64,000 nucleotides of DNA from Nitrospirota bacterium (lineage in GTDB: Bacteria; Nitrospirota; Thermodesulfovibrionia; Thermodesulfovibrionales; Dissulfurispiraceae). Positions 41,228 to 52,351 of this stretch are shown piece by piece. The notes under the pieces are model-generated. The model was not told where the DNA came from and searched no databases. It was given only the letters and a program-made list of their open reading frames with translations. Both the position numbers and the translations under genes were made by a program. The stretch lies in NCBI GenBank assembly GCA_963710375.1, contig CAVPZX010000002.1, positions 1,008,326 to 1,072,325 of the forward strand, read 5' to 3'. Every line of letters starts with the position of its first letter. The first letter of the stretch is position 1.

Positions 41228-41802
41228 TGAGAGTCCCTCCTTTTTTTTGTGTTTAATGCGGCTGTTTTTTTCCCGTTGAGTTGCGCTGCAATGATGAATT
41301 CCGCAAACTCTCTGAATGCGCCTTGCCCGCCGCGCGTGGTGCAGATAAAATCGGCGAATTTTTTTATTGATGGAAATGAGTCGCCGGGGCAGGCGGAGAG
41401 TCCAACTGTTTTAATGATTTCGAGGTCGTTCATGTCGTCGCCGATATAAGCGATCTGCTCTCGGTCAAGGGAAGTCCTTACAATAATTTCTTCGAGTACC
41501 TGTACCTTCTCTTTTATCCCGAGATGCAACTCTGCTATTTGAAGCTTATCGGCCCGTTTTTTGACGGAAGCCGACCCCTCTCCAGTGATAATTCCGGTTT
41601 CAACATTCACTATTTGCCGAAGTCGCTCCACTCCCAATCCGTCACGAATGGAAAACCGCTTCAGCACTTCCCCTGCATCAGAATAGTACACTCCTGTGTC
41701 GGTGAGCACCCCATCGACATCAGTGAGGAGCAATCGTATCTTTCGCGCCTTTCTCTTGACTGTTGCAGCTATTGCCTTTCCGTTGTTCATACAGCCGTCC
41801 AT
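41224..41802 (-). CDS. KdsC-family HAD phosphatase
   Basis: DVDGVLTD, RDGLG, YIGDDMND, GGQGAFREFAE. Confidence 0.9.
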   Translation of the reverse strand: MDGCMNNGKAIAATVKRKARKIRLLLTDVDGVLTDTGVYYSDAGEVLKRFSIRDGLGVERLRQIVNVETGIITGEGSASVKKRADKLQIAELHLGIKEKVQVLEEIIVRTSLDREQIAYIGDDMNDLEIIKTVGLSACPGDSFPSIKKFADFICTTRGGQGAFREFAEFIIAAQLNGKKTAALNTKKRRDSQ

Positions 41803-42590
41803 CCGCCGTCGACGATCAGGTTTGCGCCGGTCATGTAACTGGAAGCGTCGCTTGCAAGGAATACAACAGCTCCACGGTAGTCGGAGGGCTGCGCCATTCT
41901 GCCAAGGGGTGTTTTGGCAGAATAGTTTTTAACGAAAAAATCATCCTGCGCGTTTTCTACTCCTCCGGGCGAGAGCGTGTTGACTCTGACGCCGCAGTGG
42001 CCCCAGTAGGCAGCAAGGTATCTTGTGAAAGAAATCACCGCTCCCTTGCTGACAGGGTAGGCGGGAGATTTGTAAAAGGCCTGCTTTCCAGCGGGTGTTT
42101 TATAGATTGACTGGTCCGGGCCGACAACTCCGTAAGTGGATGCTACGTTGATGATGCTGCCTTTCCCCAGTTTGGCCATGGCAGAGCCGATAATCTGAGA
42201 GCAGAGGAATACGCCGGTAACATTAACGTCCATCATTTTTTTCCATTGGCTGAGGGGAAAATGTTCAAATTGCGACATTTCCGATGCAAGGAGCGGGTCC
42301 TCGAATTTTTCATTTACGGCTGCATTGTTCAAAAGTATGTTGACGCGGCCAAAGCGGTCTAGAGTCTTTTTAAGCAGCGAGCCAACAGATGCGGCATCCG
42401 ACACGTCGGCCCCTGCCCCGAGCGCATCGGGTGTAAGGGTGAGGGCGAACTCGCGGCACTTGTCTTCGTCCAGGTCACTTACCACAACGTTTGCCCCGGC
42501 GTCTGCAAGTGCCCGGCAGTGTTCTTTTCCGATCAGACCGAGCGATCCTGTGACGATGGCAACTTTATCTTTCAGCGAAAACAGGTTCAC
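41787..42590 (-). CDS. SDR-family oxidoreductase
   Basis: TGSLGLIG, NNAA, YPVSK, VNTLSPGG, VDGGW. Confidence 0.9.
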   Translation of the reverse strand: MNLFSLKDKVAIVTGSLGLIGKEHCRALADAGANVVVSDLDEDKCREFALTLTPDALGAGADVSDAASVGSLLKKTLDRFGRVNILLNNAAVNEKFEDPLLASEMSQFEHFPLSQWKKMMDVNVTGVFLCSQIIGSAMAKLGKGSIINVASTYGVVGPDQSIYKTPAGKQAFYKSPAYPVSKGAVISFTRYLAAYWGHCGVRVNTLSPGGVENAQDDFFVKNYSAKTPLGRMAQPSDYRGAVVFLASDASSYMTGANLIVDGGWTAV

Positions 42591-43945
42591 TGCCGAGTCC
42601 CCTGTTTTGGTTTGGTGTTGAAATTGCTTGTTCTCCTGAATACGGGCTGCACTGGCTCGCCCCGCAGGAGTTCCCGTATGTTCCCCTCGCTTACTGCTGA
42701 CCGGAGGAGCGTAAGCACCTCGATATACGCATCGGAAAGATACTGAATGTCGGCGTCGCTATGAGAGAAGCATAAGTTGTGAAAGCCTGACCAGAGCACA
42801 CCGAGCCGGAATAATTCTTGCTGGACGAAAGATTTCATGATAAGCGGATCGCCTGCTTTAGAATCGAAGGTGACGAGGGTCCGGCAGGGCAGGCCGATGC
42901 ATTTTGTGTAATCGATGCCGAGGCGTGAGGCAGCGGCATTGTATGCATTTTTTATTTTCTCTCCCTGCATAGCCAGATAACCCGGGACATTGAACTCTTT
43001 CAGTTCGGCAATTGTAGCGCACGCAGCTGCAAGGGATAAAGCCTCACCGCCGAATGTTGTGAAAAAGAAGACATTCTTTTCGAGCAGTTCCATAATCGCT
43101 TTTTTCCCTGCGAGCACAGAAAGGGGCATCCCGTTGGCAACAGCTTTGGAATAGCAGGCGAGGTCAGCGGTGACTCCGAAATATTCCTGCGCTCCGCCAA
43201 GAGCGAGCCTGAAGCCAGTCCACATTTCGTCAAAGATCAGCACAATCCCGTGGCGGTCGCAGAGTTCTCGTATTCTGCCCAGAAAATTGTTGCGGGGCTC
43301 TTCAAACACGACAGGTTCGAGGATAACACAGGCCGTATTATCATCAATAGAAGTCTCAATGGATTCAAAGTCATTATAATTAAAGGTAAAGGAAAGGTCT
43401 TTTACTGGCTGGGGGACGCCACTGTCCTTGTCCGTCACCCCTATATACCAGTCATGCCATCCATGGTATCCGCAGCAGAGCACCTTGTCCCGTTTTGTGT
43501 AAGCCCGCGCGAGGCGGACAGCTGCTGATGTCACATCTGCGCCGGTCTTGCTAAAGCGTACTGCTTCGGCTGTGGGGACTACGGACCTTATGAGTTCGGC
43601 AGTCTCAACCTCAAGCGGATGCATCATAGAGAAGGTTATGCCGTCCTGCAGCTGGTTCCGGATTGCGTCATCAACCCTTGGATAACAGTAACCCAGGGAC
43701 AGGGGGCCTACGCCCATGGTTAAATCAATGAATTCGTTGCCGTCGATGTCCCATACGTGGGAGCCCTTACCCCTTTTGAGATATTTTGGTGCAACGCCCT
43801 TTACGTATTGAGCAGGACCTTTTGCAAGCGTCTGCGTCACGTTGGGTATAAGGCCCAGGGCGCGGGCATAGAGTTTATCCGATTCGCTGATGTCAGGATA
43901 GTTGCGTACTAATTCATCGGCTTGTAGCATATTTCTGCCCTCCAT
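42587..43945 (-). CDS. Class III PLP aminotransferase (GSA-aminomutase-like, sugar pathway)
   Basis: WDIDGNEFID, YHGWHDW, LIFDEMWTGFR, SKAVANG. Confidence 0.88.
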   Translation of the reverse strand: MEGRNMLQADELVRNYPDISESDKLYARALGLIPNVTQTLAKGPAQYVKGVAPKYLKRGKGSHVWDIDGNEFIDLTMGVGPLSLGYCYPRVDDAIRNQLQDGITFSMMHPLEVETAELIRSVVPTAEAVRFSKTGADVTSAAVRLARAYTKRDKVLCCGYHGWHDWYIGVTDKDSGVPQPVKDLSFTFNYNDFESIETSIDDNTACVILEPVVFEEPRNNFLGRIRELCDRHGIVLIFDEMWTGFRLALGGAQEYFGVTADLACYSKAVANGMPLSVLAGKKAIMELLEKNVFFFTTFGGEALSLAAACATIAELKEFNVPGYLAMQGEKIKNAYNAAASRLGIDYTKCIGLPCRTLVTFDSKAGDPLIMKSFVQQELFRLGVLWSGFHNLCFSHSDADIQYLSDAYIEVLTLLRSAVSEGNIRELLRGEPVQPVFRRTSNFNTKPKQGTRQ

Positions 43946-44843
43946 GATAGATTTTTAATATTTTCTCCGCGATCTTTTCGCCGGTAAAGCCCTCATATTC
44001 GAGTACCATGGGCAGAAGTGCCGGCTTGAACCATCTGTTATCGAGAGCGATGGGCAGCACACTACAATTGATGCCCCTTCTTATGAGTGTTTCGCACACA
44101 ATCGAATAGAGCCCGCCGGTCATAAAGTGGTCTTCAAGGGTCACCAGAAGGGATGTCTCGCGTGCAGCTGCGATAATGGCTTCTTCATCAGCTGGTTTAA
44201 CAGTGCGCATATTTAGCAGCCGAACATTCTTACCTTCTGCTTGGAGTCGCGCCCTGGCCTTGACAGCCTCGGCGAAAAGCATTCCATAAACGAGGAGTGT
44301 AATATCGTCGCCGTCAAAGACAACTTCTGCCTTGCCTATTTTAAAATCCTGCGAATGTTCAATGACTGCCTTTGAATGGTTCAAGCGTATATAAAAGGGT
44401 CCGGAATGCTCCAGAACTTGCCTGAGTCCAAGGGTTAGATCCTGTTCGTCAGAAGGGCAGAATATGTTCATGGACGGGATGATGCGCATGAGTGCAATAT
44501 CCTCAAGTGCCTGGTGTGTGGGCCCGTTGGCTTCGGAAAGAAAACCCGGGACCCCGCCGCAGAGCTTGACAGGCAGATTACCTATGCCGACATCTGTCCT
44601 GATGAACTCGAATGCCCTCATGGTCAGGAACGTGCTGAGCGCATGGACAACAGGAATGCGCCCACGGAGGGCAAGCCCGGCAGCCATTCCCACCAGCGAC
44701 TGTTCGGCTATGCCGGTATCGACGAACCGGCTGCCGAGGGCGTCGGTAATGCCCCGGATAGAGGCCAGGTTCTCGGCTGTCATCACTATAATCCGTTCAT
44801 CTGCCAAGGCAATATCCCTGAGCAATTCCTGGTAGGTGGTCAT
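43914..44843 (-). CDS. Transketolase C-terminal subunit
   Basis: GIAEQSLVGMAAGLA, GPTHQALED, LEDH...GGL. Confidence 0.9.
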   Translation of the reverse strand: MTTYQELLRDIALADERIIVMTAENLASIRGITDALGSRFVDTGIAEQSLVGMAAGLALRGRIPVVHALSTFLTMRAFEFIRTDVGIGNLPVKLCGGVPGFLSEANGPTHQALEDIALMRIIPSMNIFCPSDEQDLTLGLRQVLEHSGPFYIRLNHSKAVIEHSQDFKIGKAEVVFDGDDITLLVYGMLFAEAVKARARLQAEGKNVRLLNMRTVKPADEEAIIAAARETSLLVTLEDHFMTGGLYSIVCETLIRRGINCSVLPIALDNRWFKPALLPMVLEYEGFTGEKIAEKILKIYHGGQKYATSR

Positions 44844-45679
44844 AGCGCAGCACCCGCTGTATGTCCTGCCGCGGTATCGTAGAGCTCTTTCACGAGGAGT
44901 TCCACCTCGTGATCGGAAAAATTGCAAAACCAGCGGTCAGCGCGGGACTCTATGCTTGGGATCCCTTTGCCCCTTACGGTTTCGGCAATGACTACGTTGG
45001 GACAGTGGTGTTCGAACGGGACGCGGGAAAACAGTTCGTCCAACTGTTCAAAATCATGCCCGCTTATTGTTTCAGGAGCGAGTCCGAAGGCCCTGAATTT
45101 TGCTTCTAGTGGTTCCAGAGGGAGAAGTTCCTCGGTCTTTTTATTTGCCTGCAACCTGTTCCTGTCTATAATAATTATAAGATTGTCGAGCTTAAAGGCG
45201 CTTGCCAGCATACAGGCCTCCCAGTTGGATCCCTCGTTGAGCTCGCCATCGCCCAGTATTACCGCCACCCTGTTGCCCTGTCCTCTTATTTTACAGTCAA
45301 GGGCGACGCCGGCTGCGACAGGAAGCAGGTGACCGAGCGAGCCTGCATGGAACTCTACTCCTGGGATGTTTTTATTGGGGTGCCAATAAATATCGTCGCT
45401 GGTGGAGAGGTGCAGCGAGAGCCGTTCTTTCGGGATAATGCCCATCTCTGCAAGTGTGCTGTAAAGCGCAGGGACGGCATGCCCCTTCGACAGGAAACAA
45501 TAGTCACGGCAAGGGTCGCCAGGGACACAGGAAAGAAATTGCTTGTACAGATAGACCATCAAGTCAGTGCACGACAGGGCAGAGCCGGTAAAAGCGCCGC
45601 CTGAGCAAGACATCCTGACGCATTGCTCCCGCACCTTTAGGGCCATCTGTTTCAACTGAGAAAGTTGCTCTTTATTCAT
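44840..45679 (-). CDS. Transketolase N-terminal (TPP-binding) subunit
   Basis: LSKGHA, GSLGH, GDGELNEGSNWEA, DRNRLQ. Confidence 0.9.
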   Translation of the reverse strand: MNKEQLSQLKQMALKVREQCVRMSCSGGAFTGSALSCTDLMVYLYKQFLSCVPGDPCRDYCFLSKGHAVPALYSTLAEMGIIPKERLSLHLSTSDDIYWHPNKNIPGVEFHAGSLGHLLPVAAGVALDCKIRGQGNRVAVILGDGELNEGSNWEACMLASAFKLDNLIIIIDRNRLQANKKTEELLPLEPLEAKFRAFGLAPETISGHDFEQLDELFSRVPFEHHCPNVVIAETVRGKGIPSIESRADRWFCNFSDHEVELLVKELYDTAAGHTAGAAL

Positions 45680-46494
45680 TCCGCACCCACCAGTTTTGTC
45701 TGTGCCGGCGTGATGGTCCGTAATTCTTCAATGTGGTGCCGGTACCAGTTCACGCCTGCATATTTTCCATTGATCTTACAGATGAGCGGGTTTTTATCAA
45801 GAAAACTTAGAATAGCCCCTATACCGAAATACGGATCGTTCCCTGAAAGGGCATCGTATATTGCCTGAATCACCTTATAATCCTCCTCGTAGTCCAGCAC
45901 CCAGCGATGGGACATTGAATAGTCGAGACCAGTATTCCAAGACACATTTCCGATTCTGAACTGCCCGCGGTTTTCCCAGAAATAAGGAGTCGTGTGTTCT
46001 CTTTCAAAGTCTTTACCGGCGTTTCCCCACGCTGTTGTCAGGGCCTCCATGGTAAAGACCTCGACGTCGTTTCCATCAGGATAGGTTGCGGGATGCAGGT
46101 TACTCACGTAATCGAATTGCCCCATGTGCTCCACAAAAAAACCGAGTACCCGGTCGATAATCCCGACATCGATGATCGGGCAGTCGGAGGGGATTTTAAC
46201 GACAACATCAGCGCCGTACCTTGAGGCTGCCTGATAGTGCCGGTCGAGCAGGTCATGGGTATGTCCCCTGAAACAGGGGATGGACTCTTTCAGACATAGC
46301 TGCTCGATGATGTTATCTTCTTCATCACAGGTAGTAGCTATAACGACTTCTCCGGCAAGCGACGCCTGTTTGACGCGTTCTACCATTCGTACAAAAAGCG
46401 GCTTGCCACCCAGCGGAAGCAGGGCTTTTGCAGGGAGTCTTGTCGATCCCGTCCTTGTCTGGATTATGGTAAGTATGTTCTGTTCTGTTTTTAT
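45676..46494 (-). CDS. SpsF-like cytidylyltransferase (apparent ATA start)
   Basis: The IIQTRTGSTRLPAK motif lies upstream of the first ATG (46386); AAGGAG-6 nt-ATA at 46494; REHTTPY, LDYEED. Confidence 0.85.
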   Translation of the reverse strand: MKTEQNILTIIQTRTGSTRLPAKALLPLGGKPLFVRMVERVKQASLAGEVVIATTCDEEDNIIEQLCLKESIPCFRGHTHDLLDRHYQAASRYGADVVVKIPSDCPIIDVGIIDRVLGFFVEHMGQFDYVSNLHPATYPDGNDVEVFTMEALTTAWGNAGKDFEREHTTPYFWENRGQFRIGNVSWNTGLDYSMSHRWVLDYEEDYKVIQAIYDALSGNDPYFGIGAILSFLDKNPLICKINGKYAGVNWYRHHIEELRTITPAQTKLVGAE

Positions 46495-46504
46495 ATGCTT
46501 CTCC

Positions 46505-47455
46505 TTATTGCAAATAGCTTCTGCATACCTTCGCTATATTTTTGGCTGAGTTCCCGTCATTCTGTATGGGGTTCAATCGTTTGAGCATATCACCGTCAAA
46601 ATAAGAATGTACCTCTTTGTCCAGCGCGATGCCTGTAAAGGCAAGTGAAGAATACTGGGTGATCAGGGTGTGACAGTTGGCGACCATATGATGGGCATTG
46701 CCTTCATGGAAAATAAGGGCATGAGGCGCGAACCTTTTTATCTCTGTTGAGGAGCGCCGGAAATTCTCATTGGGATGAAGTTTGAAGATAATTTGCCTGT
46801 CTCTAGCTATAGAGAGGGCCTTTCTGAGAAACGCCTTTCTGTTATCGAACTTGAAGGTTTCCCGCGAATCCGAAGTTGCGACGAGCACATAATTTCTATG
46901 AGGGAAATCATTGTCCAGGTATTGCCGGGCATTATCAAAATTCGGGATGCCGGTTACAGCAATTTTTTCGGGGCTGACACCCTTTCGGACGAACAGGTCA
47001 CGGTAACCTTCCGAAGCGACACAGAATTTATGGTAGTTATGGGAAAGCCCTGTTGTGGACGTGCTGGCAAGATAGCGGGGCAGACCCAATCTCCTGACGA
47101 GATGATAGATAATGTTTTCAGGGTCGGTCATTCCTTCCTGTACGAGGATTATTTTCTTTTTCCTGACGTTTTTCTGTACTATGAGATCACTGCAGGTGAG
47201 GACAAGATCGTAGTGGTTTGTCCTCCCTTCATAGTCTATGGGGCAGCGGTGCTCCTGAAAATAGTGTTCGGTTGTCTGCCTGAAAGCGCCGCCCAAAATC
47301 GTGAAATTGAGCAAACCGCTGCGCGTGAGAGTTTTAATTAGCCCGTCACCATAGTAGGGGGTGAAATAACAATCGAAATCAGTCAGCTGGCGCGCTATCT
47401 GGTGCATCTGAGTTGTCTGATTGAGCGAGCCGCAAATGAACAGGATTTTTTTCAT
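46505..47455 (-). CDS. GT-B fold protein (glycosyltransferase / UDP-GlcNAc 2-epimerase-like)
   Basis: VTGIPNFD, FKLHPNE, ITQYSS; first gene of the sugar operon. Confidence 0.7.
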   Translation of the reverse strand: MKKILFICGSLNQTTQMHQIARQLTDFDCYFTPYYGDGLIKTLTRSGLLNFTILGGAFRQTTEHYFQEHRCPIDYEGRTNHYDLVLTCSDLIVQKNVRKKKIILVQEGMTDPENIIYHLVRRLGLPRYLASTSTTGLSHNYHKFCVASEGYRDLFVRKGVSPEKIAVTGIPNFDNARQYLDNDFPHRNYVLVATSDSRETFKFDNRKAFLRKALSIARDRQIIFKLHPNENFRRSSTEIKRFAPHALIFHEGNAHHMVANCHTLITQYSSLAFTGIALDKEVHSYFDGDMLKRLNPIQNDGNSAKNIAKVCRSYLQ

Positions 47456-47668
47456 TAGATTAATACACATGTTAACAGCACGCATGTTACAGGAATATTA
47501 AGCCAGGGTTAAGGTTTCGTTAATCAACCTGACCATTGCCTTATTGATCGCGAACTTGCGAACCATTCGTCTTTCGGGTAATATACAAATTAAAAAATAA
47601 CTGACTTTTTTGTCTTATCTGCGTACGGCGCCGGAGTAAGGAGATTTAGCGAACGTTCGCTTTGAAAA

Positions 47669-48259
47669 ATGAAATCTGAATGTTCTATCCCATTTTCTTT
47701 ACTGCTTGGGGCCGGCCATTTTATCGCGGGACTTGCACTCTGCTTGTCCTTTCTTGCTGTTCCGGTTGTCTCGTATTCCGAAAGTGAACAGGCGGAGGAA
47801 TATGAAGTTAAGGCAGCTTTTCTATTTAATTTCGCGAGGCTTACTGAGTGGCCCGGCGACGCCTTCCGCTTGCATGATAAAAATTTTGAGATCTGCTTAG
47901 TGGGAGATGACCGCTTCGGAGGGATCCTCGATACGCTTTCGAGCCGGGCTATAGGCGGGAGGAGCGTGTCGATAAGAAGGATCACAGATTTCAGGGAGTC
48001 CTCTGCATGCAACCTTCTTTTTATATCCTCCTCAGAGGCGTATCGACTGCGCGACATAATCTCGTTTGTTAAAGAGAGACCCATTCTTACAGTCTCGAAC
48101 ATAAAGGGCTTTGAGAAGGAGGGTGGGATCATCGCCTTCTATTTAATGGACAACCGTGTGAGATTCAGGATCAACATAGACGCTGCAAGGAAGGCCAGAC
48201 TGAAGATAAGCTCGTATCTTCTTGAGGTTGCCGGTATTGCAAGGGATGGCGGAAAATGA
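47669..48259 (+). CDS. YfiR (DUF4154)-family periplasmic protein
   Basis: [47 protein letters not shown]. Confidence 0.9.
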   Translation: MKSECSIPFSLLLGAGHFIAGLALCLSFLAVPVVSYSESEQAEEYEVKAAFLFNFARLTEWPGDAFRLHDKNFEICLVGDDRFGGILDTLSSRAIGGRSVSIRRITDFRESSACNLLFISSSEAYRLRDIISFVKERPILTVSNIKGFEKEGGIIAFYLMDNRVRFRINIDAARKARLKISSYLLEVAGIARDGGK

Positions 48260-50592
48260 CAATGAACAGGGCAAGCATAAAACGCAAACTGACGTCGATA
48301 AACCTCTTATCTACAGTCTTTCTCGTAATTCTGATGGGCCTTTCTGTAGCCATTGTCGAACTGGTCTACCAAAAAGCGGAATTGCTTGAGGACACTAAAT
48401 TGCAGGCTGCTGTTATTGCAAAAAACAGCATATCGTCTCTGCTGTTTATAGATCAGAAGAGGGCTGAGGACACACTCGCTTCTCTCAGGGGCAACATCGA
48501 TATCGAACATGCTGCTATTTATATGAGAGATGGCAGGATCTTAGGCACTTATGTACGTGAAGGCTTGAAAAGCTTATATTATCCGTTAAAACCGGAATCG
48601 GAAGAGTATGCCTTTGAAAAAAACCACCTTACAGTGTTTTATCCTGTAGTTTTCGACAATGAAACCATAGGGATGATATACGTTCGCGCAAGCTTAAAAA
48701 GGCTATATGCCCACATATTCAAGTTTATCCTCTTTCTCATTGTAATTTCTGTCTCGACAAGCGGAGTTGCCTTGCTCCTCCTGGGCAGGCTCCAGAAGGC
48801 GATCACGGGTCCGATTTCCCATTTGTCGAATGTCATGCTCACCGTTACTAATGAGAAGGATTATTCCATCAGGGCTTCGGTTGATTCAAAAGACGAGTTG
48901 GGGATGCTCGCCGGAGGTTTGAACGGGATGCTCGAAAGGATCGAAAAAGGGCAGCTGGAACTTGAGGAAAAAGTTGCCTCCAGAACAGCGACTCTAGAAC
49001 AGACCAATGAGCTGCTGAAGGAAGAGATCGCTGGACGCAAGCTTGTGGAAGAGTCGCTCAAGAAGGCAAAGGAGACTGCGGATTCGGCCAGCCGAGCCAA
49101 GACAGAATTCGTTGCAAACATCAGCCACGAGATAAGGACTCCCATGAACGCAATTATCGGTATGAGCGAACTGCTTATGGGCACCGAGCTAGGACCTGAG
49201 CAACGGGAATATGTCGAAGCTGTGAAACAGTCGGGAGATTCGCTCCTCGGCCTGATAAACGACATACTCGACCTCTCGAAAATTGAGGCCGGGAAATTGG
49301 AAATGGAGGAGATCGATTTTGACCTGCGCAGGGTTGTCTATCTTGCCGTCAACATGTTCTCGTCCCAGTTGATGCTTAAGGGGTTGGTGCTTCGAATCCA
49401 TATGGAGCAGGATGTGCCAGTGTTTCTGAAGGGAGACCCTCTGCGACTGCGACAGGTTCTTGTCAATCTGATCGGCAACGCGGTCAAGTTCACTGAGAAG
49501 GGCTCGGTGGCGTTGGAAGTACGCCGGCATGAGAGAGCAGAGCATGACCGTTTTATTACGCTTCATTTTTCGATAACGGACACCGGCATCGGCATTCCCG
49601 GAGATAAGATGGAGCGAATATTTGAGAGCTTTACCCAGGCGGATGGCTCGACAACCAGGAGGTATGGTGGAACCGGGCTGGGGCTGAATATTACCATGAA
49701 TATTGTAAACCTCATGAGCGGAGTAATATGGGTTGAGAGCGAAGCTGGAAAGGGGAGCATTTTCCATTTTACAGCGCGGTTCTCTCAGGGCAAGCTGGTC
49801 GAAGAGCTCAGACCCGGTGGGCCAATGTCGTTCTCAATCTCCGCTCCACTGAGAATTCTTCATGTGGAAGACAATGTTATGATCCGTAATTATGTGGCAG
49901 GCATGTTGGGGAAGTCATCGCATGAACTAAAATCGGTGAGCAACGGGAAAGAAGCGATAGAATTGCTGTCACAAGGAGATTTCGATCTTGTCTTGATGGA
50001 TATCCAGATGCCTGATATGGACGGTTTTGAGGCTGCGCGGATTATACGCGATCCCAACTCACCGGTTAAAAATCACGCGGTGCCGATAATCGCGACAACA
50101 GCATACGCGATGAAGGGAGACAGGGAACGCTGCCTCGAAAGCGGCATGAACGATTATATAGCAAAGCCTTTCAGCATAACTGAACTTTTCGCAAAGATCT
50201 CCCATCTGCCTACCATGCAGCACCCCACCTATCCTCCCCTTGCCGAGGAGAGGGGTGACGATGCCATTGATAGGGCGAGTCTGCACAGACTCTATGGCAG
50301 TAACGAGGTCCTTATTCGTAAAATATGCTCTGACTTTCTGATGAATGTTACGCCTGCCCGCCTGGATGAGATACGGGAATCTATAGTTGCCGGAGATTTC
50401 CATCGCGCCAATAGGCTCGCTCATTCCCTTAAGGGCGCAGCCGGGACTATTGGTGCCAAACCTCTGCAGGATAAGGCGCTCCTGGTCGAACTCGCGGCCG
50501 GACAGGGCGATATGGAACAGGCCGGTATTGCTTTTGGCAAACTCGAATATGAATTTAAGAGATTGTTAACTTTTTTGAGCAGAGAGGAGTAA
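48256..50592 (+). CDS. Hybrid sensor histidine kinase (periplasmic sensor-HAMP-HisKA-HATPase-REC-Hpt)
   Basis: [43 protein letters not shown]. Confidence 0.95.
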   Translation: MTMNRASIKRKLTSINLLSTVFLVILMGLSVAIVELVYQKAELLEDTKLQAAVIAKNSISSLLFIDQKRAEDTLASLRGNIDIEHAAIYMRDGRILGTYVREGLKSLYYPLKPESEEYAFEKNHLTVFYPVVFDNETIGMIYVRASLKRLYAHIFKFILFLIVISVSTSGVALLLLGRLQKAITGPISHLSNVMLTVTNEKDYSIRASVDSKDELGMLAGGLNGMLERIEKGQLELEEKVASRTATLEQTNELLKEEIAGRKLVEESLKKAKETADSASRAKTEFVANISHEIRTPMNAIIGMSELLMGTELGPEQREYVEAVKQSGDSLLGLINDILDLSKIEAGKLEMEEIDFDLRRVVYLAVNMFSSQLMLKGLVLRIHMEQDVPVFLKGDPLRLRQVLVNLIGNAVKFTEKGSVALEVRRHERAEHDRFITLHFSITDTGIGIPGDKMERIFESFTQADGSTTRRYGGTGLGLNITMNIVNLMSGVIWVESEAGKGSIFHFTARFSQGKLVEELRPGGPMSFSISAPLRILHVEDNVMIRNYVAGMLGKSSHELKSVSNGKEAIELLSQGDFDLVLMDIQMPDMDGFEAARIIRDPNSPVKNHAVPIIATTAYAMKGDRERCLESGMNDYIAKPFSITELFAKISHLPTMQHPTYPPLAEERGDDAIDRASLHRLYGSNEVLIRKICSDFLMNVTPARLDEIRESIVAGDFHRANRLAHSLKGAAGTIGAKPLQDKALLVELAAGQGDMEQAGIAFGKLEYEFKRLLTFLSREE

Positions 50593-50593
50593 A

Positions 50594-52022
50594 ATGAAGG
50601 ACGATATGGAAAACCGTGGAAAAATTCTCATGGTCGACGATGAGCCGCAGATATTGAGTGCAGCTGTTGCGGTTCTTGCTTCTGAGGGGTTTGATAATAT
50701 ACTGTCCGTCCATGACAGCAGGGAGGTTATCCCCATGCTGTCGGAGCTGATGGATAATATAGCCTTGGTTGTCCTTGACCTCTTAATGCCGCATATTTCT
50801 GGCCATGAACTCCTGTCGAGAATCACCGCCGATTTCCCGCAAGTGCCGGTTATTGTTATGACGGCTGCCAATGACGTTGACACGGCGATAGCGTGCATGA
50901 AAACCGGTGCCTCTGACTATCTCGTCAAGCCGGTGGAGGCTGACAGGCTCGTATCTTCTGTCAGAAAAACTCTGAGATTATACACGCTCCAAAACGAGTC
51001 TGACTTCCATCAAAGAGTATCTTCTAACAGACGTTCTGAAGTATGAGGACGCTTTTTCACACATCATAACCAGAAGCAGAAATATGAGGGCGATCTTTCA
51101 GTATCTGGAGGCCGTAGCAGCCACACGGCATACTGTCATGATTACCGGAGAAACCGGGGTGGGCAAGGAACTTATTGCACAGGCGGTGCACCGTTTGAGC
51201 GGAAGAAAAGGGGATTTTGTCGCGGTAAATGTCGCGGGTCTCGATGATGCTATGTTTTCTGATGCCCTGTTCGGTCATAGGAAAGGCGCCTTTACAGGAG
51301 CCGAACAGGCTCGCGGGGGGTTGATAGTGCGGGCCGAGAACGGTACTCTTTTTCTCGACGAAATATGCGATTTAAGTCCTTTTTCCCAGGTGAAACTCCT
51401 GAGGCTGTTGCAGGAGTGCACTTACTATGCCCTGGGTTCCGACACGCCGTTGAAAAGCGACGCCAGAATCGTTGTAGCTACGAACAAAGACCCTGAAGCC
51501 CTGGCCAATGACGGAATATTCCGCAAAGACCTGTTTTATCGCCTCTGTTCTCACCGGGTCCATGTCCCCCCCCTCAGAGAACGGCCTGAGGACATACCGG
51601 CGTTGCTAGACCATTTCATAGAGGTTGCAGCCAGGGCATTTAAAATGGAAAAGCCGGTGATACATCACGAATTACCGGATATCCTTTCAAGATACGATTT
51701 CCCGGGCAATGTCCGGGAGCTGGAGTCGATGGTGTTCGATGCAATAGCGCGGCATAAGTCTGGTATGCTTTCCATTAGCGGATTCAAAAAGATTCCGGTG
51801 GATGTACGGAACGGAGGGTCTGCACCAGGTCCAACTGCTTTTCCAGGAGGGGAGTCAAGCACGCTACAGAATATTTTCGGCCATTTCCCTACTATTGCCG
51901 AGGCACGGAATTATATAATCGAAGAATCCATGAAACTTTCCGGTGGAAACCAGACCAAGGCTGCATCTATGCTTGGCGTTACGCGCCAGGCACTCAACAA
52001 AATACTGAAGAAAAAATCTTAA
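50594..52022 (+). pseudogene. NtrC-type sigma54-dependent response regulator, split by a one-base frameshift near 50999
   Basis: REC domain (50594-51046) plus AAA+ ([22 protein letters not shown]) and Fis HTH (51084-52022); linker LTSIKEYLL...HIITRSRN is open in the downstream frame. Confidence 0.88.
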
Positions 52023-52225
52023 GTCTGCTCCACAATGGGTGCAACTTTTTTTGCTATTTCTGGAAATGGTTACAACCTGTCTATCCAATCAACTCATTGA
52101 TTATTTGTCTTTTGTTCATCTGGTAGTCACATTACTGTAAATTTTAGTTGACAATAACATTCGAATATTATAATCAATTTTCAAGTATTACAGTGTGTTA
52201 ATGGGGCATTTTTTGGGGGTCAAAC

Positions 52226-52241
52226 AGGCGTGTTTTTTGCT
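52226..52241 (+). promoter_or_regulatory. Putative sigma54 promoter
   Basis: AGGCGT-N5-TTGCT (GG-N10-GC); IHF-consensus CAACTCATTGATT at 52090-52102. Confidence 0.4.
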
Positions 52242-52351
52242 ACTCTTCAATTAGTGAAAATAATGGGGAAAACTAGACATGCCAAATATATCTCGATGTA
52301 GCATTTGGGAATTTATTCATCAACTTTCTGAAATTTGATGGGAGAAACGGT

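Noticed and set aside
42587..43945. hemL (tetrapyrrole biosynthesis)
   Set aside because: It is embedded in a sugar-nucleotide operon with no hem genes, so only the class III family is supported.
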